This document shows, piece by piece, positions 17,546 to 26,049 of a DNA stretch of 64,000 nt. The stretch is from Spirochaetia bacterium (GTDB taxonomy: Bacteria; Spirochaetota; Spirochaetia; DSM-2461), in NCBI GenBank assembly GCA_963668315.1, contig OY764216.1, positions 4,320,001 to 4,384,000 of the forward strand, given 5' to 3'. The notes under the pieces were generated by a model. That model was not told the DNA's origin, ran no database searches, and saw only the letters and a program-made list of their open reading frames with translations. Within the stretch, counting starts at the first letter, position 1; every line of letters starts with the position of its first letter. The translations under genes were made by a program, and so were the position numbers.

Positions 17546-19282
17546 ATGAATCGTTTACCATCCATAATATTAGCGCTTTTATTTTTTTTATTACTCAATT
17601 TTCCTGTGCCTGTGGAGAATATCAGCGCTAATGGAAAGGAGGAAGAGTTAAATATACCCATACCGGATACATCAGTATCTCTTCCCATTGGGATGAATTT
17701 GCATGGTCTAAATTATTATACTCCCGCTCCCATCTTCACTGATGTTATGACTACTGCCAGCGGCATGATCTCCTTTTATACCGATGAATCCGGATCTCCT
17801 TGGAATTCCGGAATGATAAATGAAATAATGCGGGACCACAATGGCTACCCGATGTTCCTTCCCCAGCTCACAAGCGATGGTCATCAAAGCTGTGTCCGTT
17901 TCCTTATAAATAATTATTACAAAGGCCGCTATCGTGTCCTTTTTGATGGTGAGGGGATTATGGTTGCTGGAGGACACCGGCTCAAATCGGACGAACATGG
18001 TCCTTTCATAGATCTCGATGGATCAGGGGGCAATACCTGGATCGATATAATAGAAAGTAAGGCAAACAATTATATAAGAAATATTCATATTATTCCGGAA
18101 GAATACGGACTGTTCTCCATTGACGATTATGATTCCTCCGTAATCCCCACCTTTCTGGCACAATATACCGAAGGGCTGGAGTCGTTTCATGCCCTGCGTT
18201 TTATGGACTGGTTTCATACAAACGGCTCAACACAGGTTGATTGGGGTGAGGATTCTTACAACAACGCCACACCGAATGACTTCTCTGATGATAGAATAAC
18301 AAAGGATTATTATTCCCAGGCTGCCGATCGAGGGATCAGTATGGAATATGCCATCGAGCTCTGCAACACCCTGCAAACCGATGCCTGGGTCTGTGTACCC
18401 CATATGGCCAGCGACGATTACATTAGGAAAATGGCGGATCTGTGGCGGGACAATCTTGATGAAAATCTTACAATATACCTTGAGTATTCCAATGAAGTAT
18501 GGAACTGGGCTTTCGTTCAATCAAAATGGGTTTCGCAAAACGGCGTATACGGAGAATATCCTCTTCCTGTTGACAACCATGTTCAGACTGCCCTTGCCGA
18601 GATTGAATCAAAGGGCGGGGACTTTCCCGAGAAAGATGCCTATATGATGGCCCGTTCCTTCTCTATCTGGGCTGATGAGTTTGGCAGTGCAATGTCGTCA
18701 CGGGTTATACGGGTTGCAACGGGACAACATGCGGTCCCATCACGATTAAGAAAGGTATTGGAATACCTTTCCGATGAGAAAGAAGCCTATGGCGCTGTCG
18801 GCTGCGATGCCCTCGCTGTGGGAGGATACTTTTCCTTTTCCGAAGAAGATCATGAAAAATGGCTAACCCTGGGAGATAGCTTGACCATGGAAGAGATCTA
18901 TAAGGACACCTACCGAAACTTTCTGAAAACGAGCAAGATATGGACCGAAGGTTGCGCTTCCGTTGCAAAGGATTTCGACGTAAAATACTATGTGTATGAA
19001 GGTGGTCAGCATATGCAGCCCTATAATCAACAAGAGTGGAACTATAACGAAAAACTTTGGGATTTCCAGATCAGTGATTATATGTACGATCTTTACATTC
19101 ACAACTTTGATTTACTAACCGATCCTGAAATTGACTGCGATCTCTTTATGGCTTTCTCCTATATCAGCAAAAGAAAAAGTAGATACGGTTCCTGGGGCCA
19201 CTTGGAATCTCTGGACCAAGTGGGCACAGAATACGCTAACGCTCCTAAATTCAGCGCTCTCATGGATGTTAATACTCCCTAA
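17546..19282 (+). CDS. Exported glycoside-hydrolase-like protein (TIM-barrel, clan GH-A-like motifs)
   Basis: Signal peptide; LRFMDW, DAWVCVPH, YLEYSNEVWN, YEGGQH and GSWG motifs; close paralog at 32361..34109. Confidence 0.6.
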   Translation: MNRLPSIILALLFFLLLNFPVPVENISANGKEEELNIPIPDTSVSLPIGMNLHGLNYYTPAPIFTDVMTTASGMISFYTDESGSPWNSGMINEIMRDHNGYPMFLPQLTSDGHQSCVRFLINNYYKGRYRVLFDGEGIMVAGGHRLKSDEHGPFIDLDGSGGNTWIDIIESKANNYIRNIHIIPEEYGLFSIDDYDSSVIPTFLAQYTEGLESFHALRFMDWFHTNGSTQVDWGEDSYNNATPNDFSDDRITKDYYSQAADRGISMEYAIELCNTLQTDAWVCVPHMASDDYIRKMADLWRDNLDENLTIYLEYSNEVWNWAFVQSKWVSQNGVYGEYPLPVDNHVQTALAEIESKGGDFPEKDAYMMARSFSIWADEFGSAMSSRVIRVATGQHAVPSRLRKVLEYLSDEKEAYGAVGCDALAVGGYFSFSEEDHEKWLTLGDSLTMEEIYKDTYRNFLKTSKIWTEGCASVAKDFDVKYYVYEGGQHMQPYNQQEWNYNEKLWDFQISDYMYDLYIHNFDLLTDPEIDCDLFMAFSYISKRKSRYGSWGHLESLDQVGTEYANAPKFSALMDVNTP

Positions 19283-19420
19283 ATTATGAATGAATTTTAA
19301 TTATGTTATTAAAATATCTATAACTTGTTAACTCTCAATTTCAGTGATAAGTTATTATTATCTTATGTCATCGCTGTCCCAAATAAATCCTTTCATAATG
19401 TCCCCAACCGGGACCCTTTT

Positions 19421-19912
19421 TCACTTCACCACCTCAATCACCTCAATTACCTGAGGCTCCAGCGGCCGGTTCTCCTCCTCCGGCCCGGCCGTATCCACTT
19501 CGGCGATCCGGTCAAGTACATCGTAACCTTCGACCAGCTGTCCGAAGGCGGCGTACCTGCCGTCCAGCTTATGAGCGTCCTTATGCACTATGAAGAACTG
19601 GGTACCGGCGCTGTCAAAATCATCGTCCCGGGCCATGGAGAGGGCTCCCCGGGCGTGGGTGAGTCCCGTATCAAAGCCGTTTTCGGCGAACTCGCCGGTA
19701 ATGGTAAAATCGGTGGGACACATGCAGGTATTGTCCTCGGAGCCCCCCTGTATGACGTAATCCTTGACGACGCGATGAAAGGTCAGGCCGTTATAGAACT
19801 TCATTTCTATGAGACGAATAAAGTTGCTTACTGTTATGGGAGCCTTGTCCGGATAAAGATCAAAGAGCATTTCTCCGCCGGCTTTCATTTTTATTTTGAT
19901 TTTTAATGACAA
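19421..19912 (-). CDS. Cyclophilin-type peptidyl-prolyl isomerase
   Basis: APITVSNF, FYNGLTFHRVV, QGG, GALSMAR, SAGTQFFI and LDGRYAAFG. Start placed at TTG 19912 after AAGGA. Confidence 0.92.
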   Translation of the reverse strand: MSLKIKIKMKAGGEMLFDLYPDKAPITVSNFIRLIEMKFYNGLTFHRVVKDYVIQGGSEDNTCMCPTDFTITGEFAENGFDTGLTHARGALSMARDDDFDSAGTQFFIVHKDAHKLDGRYAAFGQLVEGYDVLDRIAEVDTAGPEEENRPLEPQVIEVIEVVK

Positions 19913-19924
19913 TGTTTTTTCCTT

Positions 19925-19964
19925 AAAAAACCGCATCACCCTCTAATAAAGAATGATGCGGTTT
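19925..19964 (-). terminator. Intrinsic terminator after oppA
   Basis: AAACCGCATCA (19928-19938) pairs with TGATGCGGTTT (19954-19964), followed by a U-tract on the minus strand. Confidence 0.7.
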
Positions 19965-19993
19965 AACAAATATCTATACTTTAGCCTTTCAGA

Positions 19994-21619
19994 CTATTTT
20001 TCGATATACGCTCCGCCCAGGAACATGTTGTTCAGGGGAGTGATGTACCAGCCCTTTACGTAGGGGGCCATCATTTTGGGGGAGGAGCGGTAGTAGAGGG
20101 GGATGAGGGGCATGTCGGCCATAAGCACGTCGTCGGCGCTTCTCATCAGCTCCATGGCTTTCATGGGGTCCGTCTCTACCTGAGCGGCTTTCACCAGCTT
20201 GTCATATTCGGCATTGGCGTAGCCCGAGTTGTTGCCCGTGGCGTCGCTCATTCTCAGGGGGAAGAAGGTCATGGGGTGCATGTAGTCCGCTCCCCATCCC
20301 ATGGCGCCGATGTCGTAGTTGAGAGCCTGGATGTTTTCGTAGTAGACGGCCCACTCTTCGGTGGAGACGTTTACTTTGATGCCCAGGTTCTGCTGCCACA
20401 TCTGCTGCATGGCTTCCACGATGCTCTTGACCGTTTCGTTGGTGTAGTAGCTCAGTTCCACCGTGGGAAAACCTTCGCCGTTGGGGTAACCCGCTTCAGC
20501 GAGAAGTGCCTGAGCGCCTTCTACATCGGCCGTGGGAGCCAGACCGAAATCGGAACGGCCCTCTTCGTAGGCCACGCCGTCCACGGAGTAACCGGGAGCG
20601 ATGAGGCTGTAGGCCGGTTCGTCGGTGGACTGGAGAACGTTCTCAATGATGGCGGTCCGGTCGATAGCCTTGGCCAGGGCCAGGCGGACTTTGGGATCGT
20701 CAAAGGGAGCCTTGGAGCAGTTCACTTCGTAGTAAGTCGTTCCGTAGGAAGGAATGATCTGCAGAGCGTCGCTGGTAGCCTTGAGAGTGGGCAGATCGGC
20801 GGGGGGAACTTCCCACTGTCCGTCGATATCGCCCTTCTCGAGAGCCACGAGAGCGGTGGAAGGATCGGGGATGAAACGGAAGTTCAGCTTTTCCAGTTTC
20901 ACATTGGCCGCGTTCCAGTAATTCTCATTCTTGACCAGTTCGTAACCTTCACCGAAGGAGATCTCCTGCATTTTGAAGGGACCGTTGGATACGTAGGTAT
21001 CGGCGGAAAGGGTCCATCTGTCGCCGTTGGCTTCTACGGTTGCCCGGTTAACGGGGCTGTAGACCCACATGGCCAGGATACCGGTGTAGTAAGCGGTGGG
21101 AGCTTTGAGGGTGATTTCCAGAGTATTCTCGGAAAGTGCCTTGATGCCCACGCTGTTCGCCTCGGCATTACCGGCATAGTAGTCGGCGGCGCCCGCGATA
21201 TAATCGGTAAGCATTTCGGTGTACTGGGCACCCAGGGCGGGATCGAGAACTCTCAGGTAGGAGTAGACGAAGTCGGCCGCCGTCAGGGGAGTGCCGTCGG
21301 ACCACTTGAGACCGTCCCGCAGTTTGAAGGTGTAAACCAGACCATCGTCGCTGATAGTCCAGGACTCGGCACTGCCGCCGACAATGCTGTTGTTCGCATC
21401 GTAGGTGACGAGGCCTTCGAAGGTGTTGAAAAGGATGGGAGAGGCAAACGAGTTATTGGTAATACCCGGGTCGATGCCGTCCGGTTCATTCTGAAGGGCG
21501 AAGACCAGTTTCTGTTCAACCGGCTCCCCCGAAGTCTTTCCCTTATCTCCGGCTCCGTTGGCAAATACCGCCACGGAAGCGAAGGCGAGAAGTACTGCTA
21601 AGATTAATAGCTTTTTCAT
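19994..21619 (-). CDS. oppA: Oligopeptide ABC transporter substrate-binding protein
   Basis: FEGLV, AESWTISDDGLVYTFKLR..KWSDGTPLTAADFVYS, NGPFK and WGADY; FANG-type signal peptide. Confidence 0.95.
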   Translation of the reverse strand: MKKLLILAVLLAFASVAVFANGAGDKGKTSGEPVEQKLVFALQNEPDGIDPGITNNSFASPILFNTFEGLVTYDANNSIVGGSAESWTISDDGLVYTFKLRDGLKWSDGTPLTAADFVYSYLRVLDPALGAQYTEMLTDYIAGAADYYAGNAEANSVGIKALSENTLEITLKAPTAYYTGILAMWVYSPVNRATVEANGDRWTLSADTYVSNGPFKMQEISFGEGYELVKNENYWNAANVKLEKLNFRFIPDPSTALVALEKGDIDGQWEVPPADLPTLKATSDALQIIPSYGTTYYEVNCSKAPFDDPKVRLALAKAIDRTAIIENVLQSTDEPAYSLIAPGYSVDGVAYEEGRSDFGLAPTADVEGAQALLAEAGYPNGEGFPTVELSYYTNETVKSIVEAMQQMWQQNLGIKVNVSTEEWAVYYENIQALNYDIGAMGWGADYMHPMTFFPLRMSDATGNNSGYANAEYDKLVKAAQVETDPMKAMELMRSADDVLMADMPLIPLYYRSSPKMMAPYVKGWYITPLNNMFLGGAYIEK

Positions 21620-21664
21620 GTAATACTCCTTATATTCTTCTAAATTGAATATCCTGATTTAATT

Positions 21665-22633
21665 TCAGCCGTACAGATGGCAGGCGACCAGATGGTTCCG
21701 CCCTGCATCCTTCAGCTCCGGCTCTTTCTCCCGGCAGATCTCCATACACTCGCTGCAGCGCGTATGGAACCGGCATCCCTTCGGCGGGGAGATGGGGCTG
21801 GGAATGTCCCCTTTGATAGCCGTGGCCTTCTTCCCTTTCGCCTTGATCGGGTCGGAGACGGGGATTGCCTTGAGGAGGCCCTTCGTATAGGGATGAAGAG
21901 GATTCCGGTAAATCTGTTCGCTATCGCAGATCTCCATCATCTTGCCCAGATACATGACGCCCACGTGATCCGAGACATAGCGGACCATAGAGAGGTCATG
22001 GGCGATAAACAGATAGGTCAGGGACCGCTCCTTCTTGAACTTTTGAAGCAGATTGATCACCTGAGCCTGAATGGAAACGTCCAGAGCGGAGATGGGCTCG
22101 TCGCACACCACGAATTCCGGCTCGACGATCAAGGCCCGGGCCAGGCAGATTCTCTGCCGCTGACCGCCTGAGAACTCATGGGGATAGCGGGACAAATGCT
22201 CCGCCGAGAGCCCTACCCTCTCCAGCATATCAATAACAAGAGGCTTAGCCTGGGCGACACCGTCAACAATCCCCTGTGAAAGAAGAGGCTCAGCGATGAT
22301 CTTGAGTACGGTCATCCGGGGATTCAGGGAGGAATAGGGGTCCTGGAAGACCATCTGGATCTTCTTACGGAAGGGAGAGAGCTGTTTCTCGCTGAGATCG
22401 GCCAGATCATCCGCACCGAACATAATCGATCCCGACGTGGGCTTATGCATCCGGACAAGGGATTTCGCCACGGTCGACTTGCCGCAGCCCGACTCGCCCA
22501 CCAGTCCCAGGGTTTCCCCTCTCTTTATGGAAAAACTGACGTTATCCACCGCATGGACGACGGACTTTCTCTTCCCCGGGACGGGAAAATGCTTTACGAG
22601 ATTTTTTACAACGATAAGGTCTTTTTCAGACAT
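21665..22633 (-). CDS. oppF: Oligopeptide ABC transporter ATPase
   Basis: GESGCGKS, FSGGQRQR, DEPISALDVSIQAQ and oligopeptide C-terminal domain. Start at MSEKD (22633). Confidence 0.95.
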   Translation of the reverse strand: MSEKDLIVVKNLVKHFPVPGKRKSVVHAVDNVSFSIKRGETLGLVGESGCGKSTVAKSLVRMHKPTSGSIMFGADDLADLSEKQLSPFRKKIQMVFQDPYSSLNPRMTVLKIIAEPLLSQGIVDGVAQAKPLVIDMLERVGLSAEHLSRYPHEFSGGQRQRICLARALIVEPEFVVCDEPISALDVSIQAQVINLLQKFKKERSLTYLFIAHDLSMVRYVSDHVGVMYLGKMMEICDSEQIYRNPLHPYTKGLLKAIPVSDPIKAKGKKATAIKGDIPSPISPPKGCRFHTRCSECMEICREKEPELKDAGRNHLVACHLYG

Positions 22634-23645
22634 GGGCGCTCCTTTCTCCGGCGAAGGGATTGTTATCACGGGGTGCCTCATCATGGAGGAGCCAGCAGCT
22701 GGAACCGTGTTCCTCCCCTACCATGGTAAAGGGAGGCTGTTTCATGGTGCAGACTTTACGGGCGTACTGACAGCGGGGATGGAAGGGACAGCCTTCGGGT
22801 GGATTGGACATATCCGGGGGCGATCCGGGGATAGACTGAAGCTCGACAGCCCTATCCTGATCTATAGCCGGAATGGACTTGAGAAGGCCCATGGTATAGG
22901 GGTGGCTGGGACGATAGAAAATATCCTCGATACCGGCGAACTCCATCACCCTTCCGCCGTACATAACCATGACCCGGTCGCAGATCTCCGCCACCACACC
23001 CAGGTTGTGGGAGATGAAAACGATGGACATCTCCATCTCCTCCTGAAGGGACTTAAGCAGTTTGAGTATCTGGTCCTGTACGGTCACGTCCAGGGCGGTG
23101 GTCGGCTCGTCGGCAATGAGGACCGACGGTTTGCAGGCCAGGGCCAGGGCGATCATGACCCGCTGCCGCATTCCCCCGGAAAACTCGTGGGGATAGCTTT
23201 TATACCGGCTGACCGGATCGGGAATCTGCACCTTCTCGAAGAGTTCCATAACCATCGCGCGGACCTGCTTCTTAGGCAGTTTCTGATGTGTCAGAATCAT
23301 CTCCTCCACCTGCTTTCCCACGGGGATGAGGGGGTTGAGGGAAGACATGGGATCCTGGAAGATCATGGCGATTTTCCGTCCCCGGATATCCCGGTAGCCG
23401 ACTTTACCCAGCTTGGCCAGGTCCTCCCCTTCCAGCTCGACCGAACCGTCGACAATTTTTGCCGATGAGGGCAACAGCTTGAGAACGGAAAGGGAGGTAA
23501 CCGACTTACCGCTTCCCGATTCACCCACAACGCCCAGGGTCTCCCCTTTGGCCAGATGCAGATCGACGCCGTTGACCGCCCTGACGACCCCGTCCTGATT
23601 GAAGAAGGCCGTATTCAGATTTTTTACCGTAAGTATATTCTTCAT
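22626..23645 (-). CDS. oppD: Oligopeptide ABC transporter ATPase
   Basis: GESGSGKS, FSGGMRQR, DEPTTALDVT and GCPFHPRC. Confidence 0.95.
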   Translation of the reverse strand: MKNILTVKNLNTAFFNQDGVVRAVNGVDLHLAKGETLGVVGESGSGKSVTSLSVLKLLPSSAKIVDGSVELEGEDLAKLGKVGYRDIRGRKIAMIFQDPMSSLNPLIPVGKQVEEMILTHQKLPKKQVRAMVMELFEKVQIPDPVSRYKSYPHEFSGGMRQRVMIALALACKPSVLIADEPTTALDVTVQDQILKLLKSLQEEMEMSIVFISHNLGVVAEICDRVMVMYGGRVMEFAGIEDIFYRPSHPYTMGLLKSIPAIDQDRAVELQSIPGSPPDMSNPPEGCPFHPRCQYARKVCTMKQPPFTMVGEEHGSSCWLLHDEAPRDNNPFAGERSAHV

Positions 23646-23648
23646 GGA

Positions 23649-24821
23649 TTAACGTCCTTTCATTTTCGGGTCGAGCGCATCCCGGAGGCCGTCGCCGATG
23701 AAGTTGAAGCCGAACATGGTCAGACAGATGGCCAGGGAGGGGATGAAAAGCTGATAGGGATTGGTCCGGAGGGCCTCCAGGGCATCGTTACACATGGTGC
23801 CCCAGCTGGCCATGGGAGGCGTTACCCCCAGTCCGATGAAGCTCATGAACGCTTCGATAAAGATAGCCGAGGGGATGAGCATGGTGACGGTGACGATGAT
23901 GGAGCCCATGGCGTTGGGCAGCAGATGGGAGGTCAGGATTTTCCAGTGGGACGTGCCCATGATCCGGGCACAATGAACGTAATCCTGCTCCTTGAGGGTG
24001 AGGATCTGCCCCCGCACGACCCGGGCCATATCCACCCAGTAGACAGACCCCAGGGCTATGACGATGCTGGCGATGCCCGAATCTCCCGGAAGAATCACCA
24101 TTATCAGGATGACATATAAAGTTAGGGGAATCGTGGCGATGATATCCACGATACGCATCATGATATTATCCGCATTGCCTCCCAGGTAACCGGCGAGCCC
24201 TCCGTAGAGTATACCGATGATCAGGTTGGTGAAAGCGGCGATAAAGGCGACCAGCAGGGAGATGCGGGCGCCCATCATGAGCCGGGTCATCAGGTCACGG
24301 CCCAGTTTGTCGCTGCCGAAGGGATAGGTTTTATTCAGGATTCGTTTTGTCCCTTCGTAGGGAGCGCCGCTCTTATCGGTGAGGCGGACCGGCTTAACGC
24401 TGAAATCCACGAAGATGGTTTCGCCGTCGAAATCGTAACTGGTTCTCTTCTTGAAAAGATCCTCCTTGATGCGGGGGAGAGCCTTGATGAGATAACCCTT
24501 CTCATCGACGAGAATCGGTTTGAGGTTCTTGCTGATGAAGATGAAATCCCCGCCGGCTTCATAGACTTTCATGACCGGAGGAAGGTTGACGAAGGTCAGA
24601 TTCTGCTCTTCATAACTGTGTTTTGACAGCCCGGGCCCTATGAGGGCGAAGAGAAGGATGACGATGATGATGACCGCTCCCAGCATGGAAGCCGGCTTAT
24701 GGCGGAAACGGAACCACACATCGCCCCCATAGGTTCTGTGCTTAGCTCCGAGAGATTCACTTTTGTCCGGGGAGATTTCGCATTTCTCCCACATTGATGG
24801 TTCGATAGATAGTTCTGACAT
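23649..24821 (-). CDS. oppC: Oligopeptide ABC transporter permease (with periplasmic insertion)
   Basis: FGSDKLGRDL, ARVVRGQIL..KEQDYV, HLLPN and GDGLRDALDP. Confidence 0.93.
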   Translation of the reverse strand: MSELSIEPSMWEKCEISPDKSESLGAKHRTYGGDVWFRFRHKPASMLGAVIIIVILLFALIGPGLSKHSYEEQNLTFVNLPPVMKVYEAGGDFIFISKNLKPILVDEKGYLIKALPRIKEDLFKKRTSYDFDGETIFVDFSVKPVRLTDKSGAPYEGTKRILNKTYPFGSDKLGRDLMTRLMMGARISLLVAFIAAFTNLIIGILYGGLAGYLGGNADNIMMRIVDIIATIPLTLYVILIMVILPGDSGIASIVIALGSVYWVDMARVVRGQILTLKEQDYVHCARIMGTSHWKILTSHLLPNAMGSIIVTVTMLIPSAIFIEAFMSFIGLGVTPPMASWGTMCNDALEALRTNPYQLFIPSLAICLTMFGFNFIGDGLRDALDPKMKGR

Positions 24822-24836
24822 GATTCTCCTGTCCCC

Positions 24837-25754
24837 TTATTCGTATTTAATCCGGGGATCGATGAGGATATAAAAAAGATCGACAATGAACACCATGACG
24901 ATCAGAAAGGTGGCATAGAAAATGGTGATCCCCAGAATGGTCGTATAGTCCCGGTTGGTGATGCTCGTAACGAAGTGCTTTCCCATGCCGGGCAGAGCAA
25001 AAATCTTTTCGATAACGAAGGATCCGGTCAGGAGGGAGGCAATGGTGGGCCCGAGGACGGTGACCACCGGGATCAGGGCATTCCTGAGGGCGTGGCGGAC
25101 AACCACTTTATACTCCGAAAGGCCTTTGGAACGGGCGGTTCTGATGTAATCCTGCCCCATCACTTCCAGGAGGCTGGACCGCATGAGCCGCGCCAGGAAC
25201 GAGAGGGAGTAGCCACCCATGGCGACCACGGGCAGGATATAGCCGGCGGCCGAATCGAAACCGAAGGCGGGCAGCCAGTCCAGTTTGTAGCTGAAAACGT
25301 ACATGAGAAAGGTGGCGATGACGAAGGAGGGAATGGTCACGCCGATGGTGGCGATCACCATGGAGAGGACATCCTGCCATCGGCCATTCTTCAAAGCCGC
25401 CACAATGCCCATGGGAATGGAAGCGATCAGCACGAAGAGGATGGTGATCAGTCCCAGCCTGCCGGACACGGGAAATCCCTCCCTGATGAAGTCATTAACC
25501 CGCATGCCGGGATACTTGAAGGACGGGCCCAGGTCTCCGTGGAGAAGGCCGCCGATGTAATCGACCAGCTGTTTGGGAAGGGGGTCGTTCAGATGGTATT
25601 TTTCCATCAAAGCCGTTTCCACCTCCTCGGGCAGCTCACGCTGGGCGGTAAAAGGGCCGCCGGGAATGGCATGCATGAGGAAGAAGACCAATATGGAAAG
25701 AAGAAGCAGGGATATGATCATAGATCCCATGCGTTTTATAAGATAAAGTCCCAT
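24837..25754 (-). CDS. oppB: Oligopeptide ABC transporter permease
   Basis: PGGPF, GDLGPS, DYIRTARSKGL, HALRNALIP and DPRI. Confidence 0.95.
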   Translation of the reverse strand: MGLYLIKRMGSMIISLLLLSILVFFLMHAIPGGPFTAQRELPEEVETALMEKYHLNDPLPKQLVDYIGGLLHGDLGPSFKYPGMRVNDFIREGFPVSGRLGLITILFVLIASIPMGIVAALKNGRWQDVLSMVIATIGVTIPSFVIATFLMYVFSYKLDWLPAFGFDSAAGYILPVVAMGGYSLSFLARLMRSSLLEVMGQDYIRTARSKGLSEYKVVVRHALRNALIPVVTVLGPTIASLLTGSFVIEKIFALPGMGKHFVTSITNRDYTTILGITIFYATFLIVMVFIVDLFYILIDPRIKYE

Positions 25755-25774
25755 TAAATACTCCGAAAAGCGTA

Positions 25775-25803
25775 AGCATATTAGCTATAATTCAATAAGT
25801 CAA
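25775..25803 (-). promoter_or_regulatory. Sigma70-type promoter of the opp operon
   Basis: TTGACT (25803-25798), 17-nt spacer, TATGCT (25780-25775) upstream of oppB. Confidence 0.6.
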
Positions 25804-25858
25804 TATCGAGTAACTGAGGCCTCAGAAAAAAGTTGACAATTTTACAATTTCACCCATT

Positions 25859-25963
25859 GGGGCAGGGATGGGAGGGGCGCGCGAAGCGCGGTCACGCAGG
25901 GACGGGAGGCGGGAGCCGGACCCCCGGACAGCCCGGTGACGCGGAGCGGCAGCCCCCCGAAAA
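25859..25963. repeat. 105-bp GC-rich structured repeat, copy 1
   Basis: GGGGCAGGGATGGGAGGGGCGCGCGAAGCGCG...GCGGCAGCCCCCCGAAAA, identical to 28664..28768. Confidence 0.95.
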
Positions 25964-26049
25964 AGTCCTTAAATGGTTTTAATTGTCAAACTGCGCTATG
26001 TTAATCAGAATCCATGTAAAAACAATCATTATTCTCCAGGAGAAAAGAA

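Noticed and set aside
20276..21601. 441-aa plus-strand ORF
   Set aside because: Antisense shadow of oppA; no motifs; expected from codon bias in GC-rich genes.
25833..25989. TTGACAATT/AATTGTCAA inverted repeat around the 105-bp element
   Set aside because: Only 9 bp, absent around the second copy, and plausibly -35-like boxes or chance.
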